Counted from the first letter of the stretch, positions 31,106-42,915 are shown. The stretch is 64,000 nt of DNA from Candidatus Oxydemutatoraceae bacterium (GCA_965219575.1 OZ244779.1:2188769-2252768); one strand, 5' to 3'. Made by a program: numbers and translations. Notes: generated by a model from the sequence alone, not told the origin.

Positions 31106-32314
31106 CTAAGGCTTGATCGGACCTGAAGTGCGTAGGCGTAGTGCGTTGAGTTTAATAAAACCTTCTGCGTCGCGCGGATCGTACGCACCTCGGTCGTCTT
31201 CAAAACTCGCAACCGCACTGTTGAACAGACTATTCGGTGCCTGTCTGCCGGTGATTTCTACATTCGCTTTGTAGAGTCTTATCCGCACCTTGCCGGTTAC
31301 ATTGGACTGGCTATAGTCAATCAACCGTTGCAATGCCCGGCGTTCTTCGCTCCACCAGTAACCGTTATAGATGAGCCGAGCGTAACGAGGCATCAGTTCA
31401 TCTTTTAAGTGTGCCAGTTCTCTATCCAAGGTGAGCGATTCTATTGCCCTATGTGCTTTCAACAATAGCGTGCCGCCGGGCGTTTCATAACAGCCTCTGG
31501 ATTTCATACCCACATAGCGATTTTCAACCAGGTCGGTTCTGCCTATACCATGCTTGCCTGCCAATTCGTTTAGACGCATCAGCATCTTTGCCGGAGCCAG
31601 TGTCTCACCGTCTATTGCACACGGGTCGCCTTTTTCAAAATCCAAAGTGATGGTCTCCGGTGTATCGGCGGCGGTCTCCGGAGAGGCGGTTCTTTGCCAC
31701 ATCGTTTGCCGAGGCTCGCACCACGGGTCTTCCAATATACCACCCTCGTAAGAGATATGAAGCAAGTTCGCATCCATAGAATAAGGGGGTTCACCACTCG
31801 CATCTTTGTCTACGACAATGCCGTGTTGCATGGCATAATCGAGCAATGCGGTGCGTGAATTAAGTTGCCATTGCCGCCAAGGCGCAATAATCCGAATATC
31901 GGGGTTGAGTGCATAGGCAGCCAACTCAAAGCGTACTTGGTCGTTGCCCTTGCCGGTCGCACCATGCGCAATCGCGTCGGCACCAACCGCGTTCGCAGCT
32001 TTAACCAAATACTGTGCAATCAGCGGACGAGCAATAGAAGTTCCCAACAGGTACTCGCCTTCGTAAACCGTATTCGCTCGGAACATCGGAAACACAAAAT
32101 CCCGTACGAAAATTTCCCGTAAGTCCTCCACAAAAACATCGGTAGCTCCCAGCATCTTCGCTTTATGCACCGCAGGTTGAAGTTCCTCGCCTTGTCCTAC
32201 ATCTGCGATAAAGGCATAAACTTCGGCGCGGTATTCCTCTTGCAACCATTTGAGTATAATCGACGTATCCAGACCACCGGAATAAGCCAATACTATTTTA
32301 GATATATCTGCCAT
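31106..32314 (-). CDS. argG: Argininosuccinate synthase
   Basis: [44 protein letters not shown]. Confidence 0.99.
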   Translation of the reverse strand: MADISKIVLAYSGGLDTSIILKWLQEEYRAEVYAFIADVGQGEELQPAVHKAKMLGATDVFVEDLREIFVRDFVFPMFRANTVYEGEYLLGTSIARPLIAQYLVKAANAVGADAIAHGATGKGNDQVRFELAAYALNPDIRIIAPWRQWQLNSRTALLDYAMQHGIVVDKDASGEPPYSMDANLLHISYEGGILEDPWCEPRQTMWQRTASPETAADTPETITLDFEKGDPCAIDGETLAPAKMLMRLNELAGKHGIGRTDLVENRYVGMKSRGCYETPGGTLLLKAHRAIESLTLDRELAHLKDELMPRYARLIYNGYWWSEERRALQRLIDYSQSNVTGKVRIRLYKANVEITGRQAPNSLFNSAVASFEDDRGAYDPRDAEGFIKLNALRLRTSGPIKP

Positions 32315-32399
32315 GGATGCTGCTCAAAATTTTTCGTAAAAAGCGACTCGGTTAATTTCAATCGGCATATTATAAGCCGTACTTATATATAATGTGACT

Positions 32400-33437
32400 A
32401 TGGTCACTCAAAAATTATACGAATTGACGATTTTTCAGCCGGACGATTGGCACTTGCATTTAAGAGACGGTCGCACGATGCAAACGGTTGCGCCGATTAG
32501 TGCTACGATATTCAAACGGGCAATTATCATGCCCAATCTGGTGCCCCCCGTCACCACAGTCGCACAATGCCGAGCCTATAGAAATAGAATTATAGAAGCA
32601 GTGCCGGAATTCGAGCCTTTGATGACTCTCTATATGACCGAAGACCTGTCGGCACAAACAATTAAGGATGCCGCAACTTGTGATTTTATTCACGGCGTTA
32701 AACTATACCCCAGAGGGGTAACAACACATTCCAATCGAGGTGTTACATCGATTGAAGCGATACATCATGTTTTAGAAGCGATGCAACAATTCGATATGCC
32801 GTTGTTGGTGCATGGAGAAAGTGCCGATGCATCTTTAGATGTATTTGATCGCGAGAAACATTTTATAGAACACACTTTTATGACTATGAGGAAACAATTC
32901 CCCGAATTGAGAATCGTGTTTGAACACATCACAACGAGTGATGCCGTGCAATATGTGGAAGACAACGACGCATACATGGCGGCGACGATTACACCACATC
33001 ACTTGTTATACACGCGTAGCGATCTATTCGAGAGCGGATTACGCCCACATCGTTATTGTTTGCCGCTTCCACAACGCGAGCAACATCGTATAGCCTTAGT
33101 AGACGCTGCGTGTAGCGGTCGGAAGTGCTTTTTCTTAGGTACCGATAGCGCACCGCACGCTCGCTCGGAAAAAGAAAGTAGCTGTGGCTGTGCAGGTGTA
33201 TTCAATGCACCGGTGGCAATGGGGGTCTACGCACGGATATTCGAGGAAAATCAAAAGCTGGATAGACTGGAACAATTCGCTTGCATCAACGGGCCGCGTT
33301 TTTATAAGCTACCGATCAATAAAAAGCAAATTAAACTAGTCAAGAGAACGGCACGCGTCGCAAAAACTATCGGCGACGAAGAGATCGTGCCCATGTTGGC
33401 AGGACAAGAACTTGAATGGAGTATCGAAAATGGATAA
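32400..33437 (+). CDS. pyrC: Dihydroorotase
   Basis: PDDWHLHLRDG, MPNL, KLYP, FEHITT, FLGTDSAPH. Confidence 0.98.
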   Translation: MVTQKLYELTIFQPDDWHLHLRDGRTMQTVAPISATIFKRAIIMPNLVPPVTTVAQCRAYRNRIIEAVPEFEPLMTLYMTEDLSAQTIKDAATCDFIHGVKLYPRGVTTHSNRGVTSIEAIHHVLEAMQQFDMPLLVHGESADASLDVFDREKHFIEHTFMTMRKQFPELRIVFEHITTSDAVQYVEDNDAYMAATITPHHLLYTRSDLFESGLRPHRYCLPLPQREQHRIALVDAACSGRKCFFLGTDSAPHARSEKESSCGCAGVFNAPVAMGVYARIFEENQKLDRLEQFACINGPRFYKLPINKKQIKLVKRTARVAKTIGDEEIVPMLAGQELEWSIENG

Positions 33438-34098
33438 TCCGACTTTGGTGAAGGTGAACATAGACACCAAGCGTATCGAGCAGATAAATTGGATGCAGGA
33501 GAGATTTCGCTCCTTTTTACCGGTGGTGGTTGATATAGAAACCGGTGGATGCAACGAAAAAACCGATGCCTTATTGGAACTTGCAGCGATTGTCATCGGT
33601 GTCGATCAAGACTTTAATCTGTATAAAGAGAAAACTATACATTATCATATAAAACCGTTTGAAGGAGCCAACATAGATAACGAGGCTTTGAAGGTTAACG
33701 GCATTAACCCCTATAGTGCTTTGCGCTTGGCACTCGACGAGCGCGAAGTACTGAATACAACTTTTAGGAAAATACGAGAATCTCTCAAAAATTATCAGTG
33801 TACACGAGCAATTCTCGTCGGACACAATTCTTTCTTCGACCTCAAATTTATGAACGAAGCAATCGGTCGCTGCAAAATTAGAAACAATCCTTTCCATAAA
33901 TTTAGTAGTCTCGATACTGCTACTCTGGGCGCACTCGCATATCAAAATACCGTACTAGCGAGGATTGCCGAAGCGGCCGGTTATGAATGGGACTCCGACT
34001 CGGCACATTCGGCACTCTACGATGCGCAAGTTACGGCAAATATATTTTGTGAGATCTTCAATTCTTACGATACGCTGATGCCACGGGTGTCGGATTGA
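33430..34098 (+). CDS. rnt: Ribonuclease T
   Basis: RFRSFLPVVVDIETGG, LVGHNSFFD, RNNPFHKFS, AHSALYDA. Confidence 0.95.
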   Translation: MDNPTLVKVNIDTKRIEQINWMQERFRSFLPVVVDIETGGCNEKTDALLELAAIVIGVDQDFNLYKEKTIHYHIKPFEGANIDNEALKVNGINPYSALRLALDEREVLNTTFRKIRESLKNYQCTRAILVGHNSFFDLKFMNEAIGRCKIRNNPFHKFSSLDTATLGALAYQNTVLARIAEAAGYEWDSDSAHSALYDAQVTANIFCEIFNSYDTLMPRVSD

Positions 34099-34141
34099 TT
34101 TCATATCGCTTTCACGGACAAGCAATCAACGCACGAAAACA

Positions 34142-34696
34142 TTGTACAAAAAATTATCGTTTATCGCATATTGCACCTTACTGAGCTCGGTCGCTATGCT
34201 CGGTGCCTCCTTACAATCCGACTTTAAGATAGACAACAGAGCTATATCCGAAAATCAAAACGACAGCCAATTCGAAGACGCAACGATTAACGCATACGAC
34301 GATACAACAAACTTACTCTACCGTCTAAGTAGCCCGATCATATATTACCGCCAAAGCACGGGCTTCGAGTTCGAACAACCTGAGTTTAGCTATCAAACTT
34401 CGGCGAAAGTGCCGTTGCAGCTTTCGGCAAAAAAAGGATCCATGGAAAATAACTCTGCGCTTATTGAACTGCTGGGAGATGTTAATCTGTTCCACATTAA
34501 TCCGGATAACAACATGCCCGAGTATCTATACACCGACGACACGACAGTTGACCTTAATCGAAAGACAGCCTACACCGACAACAAGGCGACTTTCCGCAGA
34601 CATAAAAGAATAACCGAAGGCACCGGAATGATAGTAGACTTAGAGGCGCAAACGATTAAACTCAAATCCAATATCAAGGTGTTAAATGTTCCTTAA
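34142..34696 (+). CDS. lptC: LPS export protein LptC
   Basis: N-terminal TM and beta-jellyroll-like sequence (LSAKKG, IELLGDV, GTGM); lies before lptA and lptB. Confidence 0.8.
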   Translation: MYKKLSFIAYCTLLSSVAMLGASLQSDFKIDNRAISENQNDSQFEDATINAYDDTTNLLYRLSSPIIYYRQSTGFEFEQPEFSYQTSAKVPLQLSAKKGSMENNSALIELLGDVNLFHINPDNNMPEYLYTDDTTVDLNRKTAYTDNKATFRRHKRITEGTGMIVDLEAQTIKLKSNIKVLNVP

Positions 34697-35195
34697 ATTC
34701 AAAACGGCAATGCGAGGTGGAAAAAATAATATTGTCTTAGCAATGCTATGCTCGGTATTGTTGTCCGTCGGAGATATCAGCCGCGCCGACGACACATTGG
34801 AACTGGAAGCCGATCGCGCGAGCTACGACAACAAAACCGGTGTTGCCATCTATCACGGCAACGTTAGAATCTCTCAAGGGAATATCGTGTTGAAAGGCGA
34901 TGTGGTTGAAGTGCATACTGTCGATGACGAAGTTAGCAAACTGATTGCCACCGCCAACCCGAGCCGATTGATACGCCAAGACGAACAACATGCGATAGAA
35001 GCCGAAGCACAACGGATTGAATATAGAATGGCACAAGGTATCGTCGACTTTTTGGGTAAAGTTAGAATCAAAGAAGCCGGCAAATTATTGACCGGGGATC
35101 ATGCGACCTACGACATACGAAAAAAAACCGTCAATATGGAAAAAAAGGAAAATCGAGTCAAACTCATCATTCAACCCAAAACAAAAACACCTTAG
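34686..35195 (+). CDS. lptA: LPS transport periplasmic protein LptA
   Basis: LEADRA, YHGNVRISQG, AEAQRIEY, RVKLIIQP. Confidence 0.9.
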   Translation: MFLKFKTAMRGGKNNIVLAMLCSVLLSVGDISRADDTLELEADRASYDNKTGVAIYHGNVRISQGNIVLKGDVVEVHTVDDEVSKLIATANPSRLIRQDEQHAIEAEAQRIEYRMAQGIVDFLGKVRIKEAGKLLTGDHATYDIRKKTVNMEKKENRVKLIIQPKTKTP

Positions 35196-35214
35196 ACAAA
35201 CACCGTCCCCCGAC

Positions 35215-35958
35215 ATGAATCTCGCAAACGATGCCGACCGACTGGAGTTAATAAATTTAGCTAAGAAATACAAACACCTGCAAGCGGTAAAATCGGTTTC
35301 CTTAGAACTCCGCACCCGAGAAATAGTAGGGCTACTAGGACCTAACGGCTCGGGCAAAACAACTACTTTTCATATCATCGTGGGGTTGCTCAAGGCGGAC
35401 AACGGGCATATTAAATTAAACGGATATGAGATCTCCGAACTGCCGGTACATCGGCGCGCCCGACTGGGTATAGGCTATCTGCCGCAAGCTGCCTCGGTAT
35501 TTAGAAAATTAACCGTAGAAGAGAATATCATGGCAGCTATAGAAATTCAGCCGCATTTAAGTGATCGCGAAAAAGCGCATAGAGTCGAAAAACTGATAGA
35601 CGAATTGCAGCTACACGGGGTACGCAAGCAAGCGGCAATATCGCTATCGGGAGGAGAACGACGACGCGTTGAGATTGCGCGATTGCTTGCGATAGAACCG
35701 ACCTTTATGTTGCTGGACGAACCCTTCGCCGGCATAGACCCGATATCTATCAGCGAAGTACAAAAACTAACCTTGCGATTCAAGGCGCAGGGAATCGGCT
35801 TGTTGATTACCGATCACAATGTGCGCGAAACATTAAAGATTTGCGACCGTGCCTATATCATACACTCCGGCGAAGTGCTAACCCAAGGGGTACCCGAGGA
35901 TATCCTGCGAAACAAAACAGTTCGGGATATTTATTTGGGCTCGGATTTCGAGCAATAA
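35215..35958 (+). CDS. lptB: LPS export ABC ATPase LptB
   Basis: GPNGSGKTT, GIGYLPQ, LSGGERRRVEIAR, DEPFAGIDP, ITDHNVRETL. Likely start at ATG 35215. Confidence 0.97.
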   Translation: MNLANDADRLELINLAKKYKHLQAVKSVSLELRTREIVGLLGPNGSGKTTTFHIIVGLLKADNGHIKLNGYEISELPVHRRARLGIGYLPQAASVFRKLTVEENIMAAIEIQPHLSDREKAHRVEKLIDELQLHGVRKQAAISLSGGERRRVEIARLLAIEPTFMLLDEPFAGIDPISISEVQKLTLRFKAQGIGLLITDHNVRETLKICDRAYIIHSGEVLTQGVPEDILRNKTVRDIYLGSDFEQ

Positions 35959-36086
35959 TCCGGTCGTCGTAAACTACGAATCGCAGGGAAGTTTAGTGCT
36001 TGGATCGATACAATCGCTTTGCGCCACCCGATCATGGTTTCCATATATCAAATGGAGGAATGTATAAAATAGTGCTAATATGACGA

Positions 36087-36458
36087 GGCTGTTGAAAAAG
36101 TATCGTCGGCGTGCAACCGTAACCGCTTGCGCCGTGAATTTATTTATAATAACCACCAAGCCGTAGGGCCAGTGTAAAGCCGCCGATTGAACCGGTAGGT
36201 CAATCGGCAATTCTGATGTCTGCCATTAGGTACCGTTCTGCACGACATCAACCGCTTGCGCCATATGGTTTGGTTTCCATAAATCGGGTGAATGAATGTA
36301 TAAATCATGCCGACCAACGCGTCACGGGCAGAATAGAGCCGCCGATTGAGCCGGTAGGTCAATCGGCAATTCCATTGTAGTCCGCCCCTACGGCGGTTTG
36401 CAAATGTTCACGGCGCAAGCGGTTGGTGTTGTGTAAAAACAATACTTTTTCAACAGCC
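36087..36458. mobile_element. MITE-like element family A, next to the tRNA-Leu 3' end
   Basis: ggctgttgaaaaagta...tactttttcaacagcc; closely similar to 30759-31088 but with an extra hairpin module. Confidence 0.8.
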
Positions 36459-36503
36459 CCTACGCTGCGCCTGCCACCCCTACAAGGAGGGGAATAGTTT
36501 CTA

Positions 36504-36588
36504 TGGTGCCGATGGCCGGACTCGAACCGGCACGGCTATTGCCACTGCCCCCTCAAGACAGCGTGTCTACCAGTTCCACCACATCGGC
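36504..36588 (-). tRNA. tRNA-Leu (GAG)
   Basis: GCCGATGTGGTGGAACTGGTAGACACGCTGTCTTGAGGGGGCAG...GGTTCGAGTCCGGCCATCGGCACCA; long variable arm; usual position after secG. Confidence 0.97.
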
Positions 36589-36633
36589 ATCGTTTACTTC
36601 ATAGCTAAAAAATACTTAAAGTTTTCTCGAACA

Positions 36634-37131
36634 TTAAGGATTCTCGTTGGTTGGAACATCCGACGGCGGTTCTGTTTCGGCTTCGGTTTCTTGAACGGGT
36701 TCCTCTAGAGTAGGAATATCGGAGGTATCATCCTCAACTTCCGTCCCCATAATCTCGTCGGGTATATCGTCTATCAATTCGTCGACGAATATCTCGTCGT
36801 CTACGGGTAAGTCATCCTCGCCGTCGATAAAAAGATCATCTATGGCCGGATCTTCGGTTTCGGTTACTTCCTGCAATATCACGCTACCGCTTCCGAAATC
36901 ACGGTTGGCAATATAAGCTAGACTGAGGCTATTCAGTATAAATACGAACGAAAGCGACGCAATCAACTTGGTCAAAAAGGATGTAGAACTTCGGGAGCCG
37001 GACATAGTAGCAGAAGTACTACCGGTGAAAACGGCACCCGCTTCGGAGCCTCGCCCGCGATGCAGCAAAATCAATACCACGATGATAATTGAAAGTATGG
37101 TCTCTAATCCGAGTAAAAAATTGTATAGCAT
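36634..37131 (-). CDS. secG: Preprotein translocase SecG with long acidic tail
   Basis: LILLHRGRGSEAGAVF...SFLTKL; located between tpiA and tRNA-Leu. Confidence 0.9.
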   Translation of the reverse strand: MLYNFLLGLETILSIIIVVLILLHRGRGSEAGAVFTGSTSATMSGSRSSTSFLTKLIASLSFVFILNSLSLAYIANRDFGSGSVILQEVTETEDPAIDDLFIDGEDDLPVDDEIFVDELIDDIPDEIMGTEVEDDTSDIPTLEEPVQETEAETEPPSDVPTNENP

Positions 37132-37139
37132 AAATACAC

Positions 37140-37910
37140 CTAGTCAGTTTGTTCCTTTGTTTCTTCTAAAATTTTGCATATTTGTAAAAAATCTTCGGCT
37201 TTAAGCGACGCACCGCCGACTAATCCTCCGTCTATATCGCACTCGGCAAACAATGCCTCTGCATTACTCGGATTGACACTACCGCCGTATATAACCCTAA
37301 TACCGTCCGCCGCTTCACCCAGGCAATCGGTTAATTGCCTGCGCAAAAAGTTATGCGTTTGCTGTGCCTGTTCGGGTGTGGCATTCTTTCCCGTGCCTAT
37401 CGCCCAAATCGGTTCGTATGCTAACACAAACGACCGGCTTTTGAGAACCGACGCAACAGCCGATAATTGTCGGCTCAACACCGTTTCGGTCTGCGAACGC
37501 TCGCGTTGTTGCAAAGTCTCTCCCACACAAAATATAGGTGTCAAACCACATTCAACAGCCCTTCTCAGCTTTCCGAGAAGCTGTGAATCGTCTTCCGCAT
37601 ACAGAGTGCGTCGTTCGGAATGTCCGATAATAACATATTCACAGCCCAAATCTCTAAGCATTTCTGCCGAAACTTCTCCGGTATAGGCACCGGGTTCATG
37701 GGTGCTTAAGTTTTGCGCACCCACCGCAACTTGCTTCTCTTCACACAGCGCAAGCAGTTGTGGGATGTAGGGGAACGGTGGACAAACGACCGAATGTATG
37801 TTTTCCGGCAACCGACCGGAACAAAACCGCGCTGCCCATATCTTATTTTCCTCGAAGCTACCGTGCGACTTCCAATTAGCGATCGCAATGGGCTTGATCG
37901 CCGATTGCAT
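37140..37910 (-). CDS. tpiA: Triose-phosphate isomerase
   Basis: ANWK, GHSERR, AYEPIWAIGTG, YGGSV, LVGGASL. Confidence 0.99.
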   Translation of the reverse strand: MQSAIKPIAIANWKSHGSFEENKIWAARFCSGRLPENIHSVVCPPFPYIPQLLALCEEKQVAVGAQNLSTHEPGAYTGEVSAEMLRDLGCEYVIIGHSERRTLYAEDDSQLLGKLRRAVECGLTPIFCVGETLQQRERSQTETVLSRQLSAVASVLKSRSFVLAYEPIWAIGTGKNATPEQAQQTHNFLRRQLTDCLGEAADGIRVIYGGSVNPSNAEALFAECDIDGGLVGGASLKAEDFLQICKILEETKEQTD

Positions 37911-39271
37911 TAGGGGGTACTTGGCAAATGTCGGCGCGCAGCGTCGGCGATACGATCAGCCCACAATCGGCTGGTATCTTCGGTATGCGATTCAACCATA
38001 ATACGCAACACCGGTTCGGTACCCGACGGTCTAATCAGCACCCGTCCTTCTTTATCCAAGGCTTTGCACGCCTGATCGATAACACGCTCAATTTCCGGAT
38101 CGATTTTCGGCATATCGCCGTTGCGAGGTTTGTCAATTGAGACATTGATCAGTGCTTGCGGATATTTTTCCATAGGTGCGGTTGCATCCGCCAAAGTGCG
38201 GTCGTCCAATATCAATGCTTGCAACACAAGTAACGAGGCAATAATCGCATCACCGGTAGTCATCTTATCCAAACATACGATATGACCCGAGGTCTCTCCG
38301 CCCAATGACCACTGCTTTTGCTTCAGCATCTGCAGCACATGTCGGTCGCCTACCTCGGCGCGCACAAACGGAATGCGACATTCGGCTAGCGTAAGTTCCA
38401 ACCCTAGATTACTCATTTTGGTACCGACCACTCCGCCGTTTAGATAATTCTTTCGGTGTGCGTGATCGGCGAGTACGAACAATAGTTGATCGCCGTCTAT
38501 GAGGTTGCCCGAAGCATCTACCATTAACAAACGGTCGCCGTCGCCGTCAAAGGCGATACCCAAATCGGCTTCATTTTCAATAACCTGACGTTGCAACATT
38601 TGCGGATGCATCGTTCCCACGCCGTCGTTGATGTTGAAACCGTTAGGTTTTGCGCCTATCACTTCTAAATCGGCACCCAACTCGGAATAAACTCTAGGTG
38701 CAATGTGATAGCTTGCACCGTGCGCACAGTCGATTACTATTTTGATTCCGTTCAAGTTCACCCCGGATGTCAGGGCGCGTTTACAAAAATTCACATAAAG
38801 ATTTTCCGCCTCCGAAACACGAAAGGCTTTTCCTAAACTCGATATATCTATATCTTCGAGCGGCTGCTTCAAACAATGTGCTATTTCATATTCCTGAGTG
38901 TCGGAAAGTTTAGTCGCACGATTGGAAAATATTTTAATCCCGTTATCGTGATACGGGTTGTGCGACGCGCTGATGACAATGCCCGCACAGGCTTTCAGTG
39001 CTTGGGTTAAATAGGCGATACCGGGTGTCGGGAAAGGTCCTAGCAGGCCGATATCGGCACCGGCAGACGACAACCCTGCCTCTAACGCCGATTCGAACAT
39101 ATAACCGGAAATGCGGGTGTCCTTGCCTACCAGTACTTTTGCGTTATGTTCGGCACCTAAAGTCTTGCCGATTGCCCAGCCTAATTTAAGTACGGTATTG
39201 GGATCCATCGGTGGTTGACCTACGCGCCCGCGAATGCCATCGGTACCGAAAAACCTAGTTGCCGAAGCCAT
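37910..39271 (-). CDS. glmM: Phosphoglucosamine mutase
   Basis: FGTDGIRG, GKDTRISGYM, ISASHNP, FDGDGDR, RPSGTEP. Confidence 0.98.
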   Translation of the reverse strand: MASATRFFGTDGIRGRVGQPPMDPNTVLKLGWAIGKTLGAEHNAKVLVGKDTRISGYMFESALEAGLSSAGADIGLLGPFPTPGIAYLTQALKACAGIVISASHNPYHDNGIKIFSNRATKLSDTQEYEIAHCLKQPLEDIDISSLGKAFRVSEAENLYVNFCKRALTSGVNLNGIKIVIDCAHGASYHIAPRVYSELGADLEVIGAKPNGFNINDGVGTMHPQMLQRQVIENEADLGIAFDGDGDRLLMVDASGNLIDGDQLLFVLADHAHRKNYLNGGVVGTKMSNLGLELTLAECRIPFVRAEVGDRHVLQMLKQKQWSLGGETSGHIVCLDKMTTGDAIIASLLVLQALILDDRTLADATAPMEKYPQALINVSIDKPRNGDMPKIDPEIERVIDQACKALDKEGRVLIRPSGTEPVLRIMVESHTEDTSRLWADRIADAARRHLPSTP

Positions 39272-39327
39272 ACACTTCGCCCATCAACGCATAAACATAT
39301 AAACCTTAGGTGTAAAAACAAGCCGTT

Positions 39328-41256
39328 CTAGTGAGAACTTGCCGGCCCTCCTATTTTACCCTCGCTTCGCCGATTTCTTTGTCTCGCTTTTCTGGGCGGC
39401 GTTCTATCTATATCACCGTCGTCGGACCATCCCGCCGGCGGACGCGGTGCTTTGCCTTCCATAATATCGTCGATTTGATTGCTGTCTATGGTCTCGTATT
39501 TCATGAGTGCTTCCGCCATCAAGTGCAATTTGTCCATATTCTCTTCGAGAATGCTCTTGGTGCGCTCGTAGTTTTCGGAAATGATGCGCGATGTTTCTTC
39601 GTCTATGTTCTTTGCGGTTTGATCCGAGAACATTTTCGGTTGATGCGCCATTCTGTTTCCTAAAAACGGATGCCCTTCTTCCTCGCTGTAGTTTAAGGGT
39701 CCCATACGATCGGATAAACCCCATCTGGTAACCATGTTACGCGCAATGTCGGTTGCCCGTTCTATATCGTTGGAAGCACCCGTGGTCACCGAGTCCGAAC
39801 CGAAAATCAATTCTTCCGCAACCCGACCACCGAACAAGCTGGATATTTGGCTATTGAGACGCTGACGCGTGTGGCTATAGCGATCTTCTTCCGGTAGAAA
39901 CATCGTCACACCTAAGGCTCTACCTCTAGGAATAATCGTTACCTTATATACCGGGTCGTGCGACGGCACCAAGCGACCTACGATGGCATGTCCCGACTCG
40001 TGGTACGCGGTTAATTTCTTTTCCTCTTCGCTCATCACCATAGACTTGCGCTCCGCTCCCATCATAATTTTATCTTTGGCGCGCTCAAAATCTTCCATCT
40101 CTACATATTCCTTGTCATAACGGGCAGCGAACAAGGAGGCTTCGTTGACCAGGTTGGCAAGGTCGGCTCCCGAAAAGCCCGGCGTGCCGCGTGCCAAATA
40201 GTCCGACTTTACATCGTCCGCCAACGGCACCTTGCGCATGTGTACTTTTAGAATCTGCTCTCGGCCGCGTACATCGGGCAGCGGTACTACGACCTGTCTA
40301 TCGAAACGCCCCGGCCTCAGCAAAGCCGGATCCAACACATCAGGACGGTTGGTGGCAGCGATTACGATGATGCCTTCGTTACCTTCAAAACCGTCCATCT
40401 CGACGAGCAACTGATTGAGAGTTTGTTCGCGTTCGTCGTGTCCGCCGCCTAAACCTGTTCCACGATGACGACCGACTGCATCGATCTCGTCTATGAATAT
40501 AATGCAAGGCGATTGTTTCTTCGCCTGCGCAAACATATCTCTAACTCTGGAGGCACCGACACCGACGAACATTTCCACAAAGTCCGAACCCGAGATAGAG
40601 AAATACGGAACCTTAGCTTCTCCGGCGATAGCCCTGGCTAGAAGGGTTTTGCCGGTACCCGGCGACCCCACCATCATCACGCCTCTGGGAATACGACCGC
40701 CCAGCTTCTGGAACTTATCGGGGTCTCTTAAGAAGTCCACCAATTCCAGAACTTCTTCTTTGGCTTCCTCCACACCGGCGACATCCTTGAATGTTACCTT
40801 GATCTGATCCTCTTCCATCAAACGCGCACGGCTTTTGCCGAAAGACATTGCACCACCGCGTCCGATACTGCCTTGCATTTGACGCATAAAGAAAATCCAC
40901 ACTCCGATTAGTAGCAACATCGGGAACCAGCTGATTAAAATATCAACCAACAACGAGGGCTTCTCTATCGGTTTGGTCATAACCTCTACATTGTTTTCCA
41001 GTAATTGGGTTACGAGTTGCGGATCTTGCGGCATATATGTGACAAAGCGTCGGTTGTCTACATAATATCCGGTAATCGTTCGGTTGTCGGGATCGATCTC
41101 TGCGCTACGCACTTGCTGGTTCTCTACATCTGCGATAAACCTCGAGTAAGAGATATCCGACAGCGGCTCTCTTTTAGCAACAAAGGTATTAAAGACCGCC
41201 ATCATAACGGCGGAGATGATAATCCACAAAACTAGGTTTTTTAAAAAGTCACTCAT
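39328..41256 (-). CDS. ftsH: ATP-dependent zinc metalloprotease FtsH
   Basis: [27 protein letters not shown]. Confidence 0.99.
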   Translation of the reverse strand: MSDFLKNLVLWIIISAVMMAVFNTFVAKREPLSDISYSRFIADVENQQVRSAEIDPDNRTITGYYVDNRRFVTYMPQDPQLVTQLLENNVEVMTKPIEKPSLLVDILISWFPMLLLIGVWIFFMRQMQGSIGRGGAMSFGKSRARLMEEDQIKVTFKDVAGVEEAKEEVLELVDFLRDPDKFQKLGGRIPRGVMMVGSPGTGKTLLARAIAGEAKVPYFSISGSDFVEMFVGVGASRVRDMFAQAKKQSPCIIFIDEIDAVGRHRGTGLGGGHDEREQTLNQLLVEMDGFEGNEGIIVIAATNRPDVLDPALLRPGRFDRQVVVPLPDVRGREQILKVHMRKVPLADDVKSDYLARGTPGFSGADLANLVNEASLFAARYDKEYVEMEDFERAKDKIMMGAERKSMVMSEEEKKLTAYHESGHAIVGRLVPSHDPVYKVTIIPRGRALGVTMFLPEEDRYSHTRQRLNSQISSLFGGRVAEELIFGSDSVTTGASNDIERATDIARNMVTRWGLSDRMGPLNYSEEEGHPFLGNRMAHQPKMFSDQTAKNIDEETSRIISENYERTKSILEENMDKLHLMAEALMKYETIDSNQIDDIMEGKAPRPPAGWSDDGDIDRTPPRKARQRNRRSEGKIGGPASSH

Positions 41257-41413
41257 TACTCAGCTCTCATATACAATCTTCGGTGGGTTCTAAACTCGTA
41301 AAGTTTATCATATCTAAACCTCAAACAATAAAATAATAATTTATTAAAACAGTTTGCTTAAGCTAACTATACATTCCTTTCGTTTTTGCCGTGAAAAATT
41401 TCCGACGAACGGT

Positions 41414-42229
41414 CTATTTTATCGGATAAAAAAGCTGTTTCCCCTTAACACGAAAAGATGCTATCAGCGCAAGACCTCGCGACGAAAGCAACCAGCGGTA
41501 AAAACGGCGCGCGTCTCGGAAGTTGATTTCCGGCCATCGTTCGGGATTAACCAGTATAACGCTGTAGAAGTTATACAACAACGGGTCGTTTTCTTTGACG
41601 ATTACCAGATTGTCCCTATTGTTGAAGCTAATCCATGTGGAACGATCGGCCAAAGTGTAAGCGGATAACTCGTTTGCGATATTCAATGTCGCCCCCATAC
41701 CGGCACCGACCTCTCGATACCATGCGCCGGGCGCACTGATGTCTACACCCGATAAAGCCCATAGGGACAACTCCTTTTTATGCGTACCGCTGTCGTCGCC
41801 GCGCGAGATAAAAGGTGCGGCGTTGCCGGCGATCATTTGCATTGCTTGTGCGATGCGAGTCGTCTCGCTACGCCTTATTCCTATGGTGTCTTGCTCGGGA
41901 CCCACGAGTATGTAATCGTTGTACATAAAGGTGTGCCGATCTATGCCGTAGCCGGAGTCTACGAGAGCTAGTTCCGACTGTTCGTCGTGCACGATTAGCA
42001 AATCGGCATCGCCTTGTTCGGCGATTTTTAGGGCGCGACCGGTGCCGACCGCAACCACATCCACTTTGATACCGGTCTCGGCGGTAAACTCGGGAAGCAA
42101 ATACTCGTACAAACCGGAATTATCGGTAGATGTCGTGGAAGCCAATACGACGCGACGCACTTCGGCTTGTGCGAAAGTGTTCAGTGCTAAAACAGCGACT
42201 AAAATTCTTGCGATTTGATGAATGTACAT
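41414..42229 (-). CDS. tupA: Tungstate ABC transporter substrate-binding protein
   Basis: ASTTSTDNSGL (TTS motif), VGTGRAL, FISRGDDSGTH. Confidence 0.92.
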   Translation of the reverse strand: MYIHQIARILVAVLALNTFAQAEVRRVVLASTTSTDNSGLYEYLLPEFTAETGIKVDVVAVGTGRALKIAEQGDADLLIVHDEQSELALVDSGYGIDRHTFMYNDYILVGPEQDTIGIRRSETTRIAQAMQMIAGNAAPFISRGDDSGTHKKELSLWALSGVDISAPGAWYREVGAGMGATLNIANELSAYTLADRSTWISFNNRDNLVIVKENDPLLYNFYSVILVNPERWPEINFRDARRFYRWLLSSRGLALIASFRVKGKQLFYPIK

Positions 42230-42900
42230 ATCTTCTGCTCGGTTGCTTTTGCAAAAAAATCATCGTTGCTCAAATGGCACAACAGTTTTCCTTGATCCAT
42301 AAATACGACCTCGTCGCATAATCTTTTTACTTGCGCCAAATTATGCGTTGCAATCATTATTTTTATACCGCTACGCTGCATATTTTTGATAATGCCCTCG
42401 ACCGCAGTTGCCGAATGTATATCGAGATCGGTAGTCGGTTCGTCCATCAGGATCACCGACGGGCGCAATGCCCAGGCGCGGGCGATAGCAAGACGACGCT
42501 GCTGTCCGCCCGATAACACATGCGCCTGACATTCCTTGTATTCGGTCATGCCGACTTGCTCTAGAGCTTCCAGTACGCGTGCAGCGCGCGCCACTTTCGG
42601 TAGACCTTGTAAGTGCAAAGCATGATCTATATTGTGATAAGCACTGCGTCGCAACAAAACCGGTTTTTGGAATACCATCGTGATTGCACCTCGCCAAGCA
42701 CTCGGCGGACGCACATCCCATAACACTTGCCCACCACTCGGGTCGAGCAAGCCGTGGCATAAGTAAAGTAGCAAGGTCTTGCCCGCACCATTCTCACCCA
42801 ATAGAGCGGTGCAGTGTTGCGTAGCACTATGCAGGTCAATCTCGTCGATTAAACGGCGATTACCGATATCGTAGCTGAGGCGGTGCAGTTGAAGTTCCAT
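42199..42900 (-). CDS. tupC: Tungstate ABC transporter ATPase
   Basis: GENGAGKT, VFQKPVLLRRS, LSGGQQRR, DEPT. Confidence 0.88.
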   Translation of the reverse strand: MELQLHRLSYDIGNRRLIDEIDLHSATQHCTALLGENGAGKTLLLYLCHGLLDPSGGQVLWDVRPPSAWRGAITMVFQKPVLLRRSAYHNIDHALHLQGLPKVARAARVLEALEQVGMTEYKECQAHVLSGGQQRRLAIARAWALRPSVILMDEPTTDLDIHSATAVEGIIKNMQRSGIKIMIATHNLAQVKRLCDEVVFMDQGKLLCHLSNDDFFAKATEQKICTFIKSQEF

Positions 42901-42915
42901 CGTCTTTATCGGTAA

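Noticed and set aside
36087-36588. Integrative element at tRNA-Leu or tRNA-Met
   Set aside because: No integrase and no duplicated tRNA 3' end are visible in the window.
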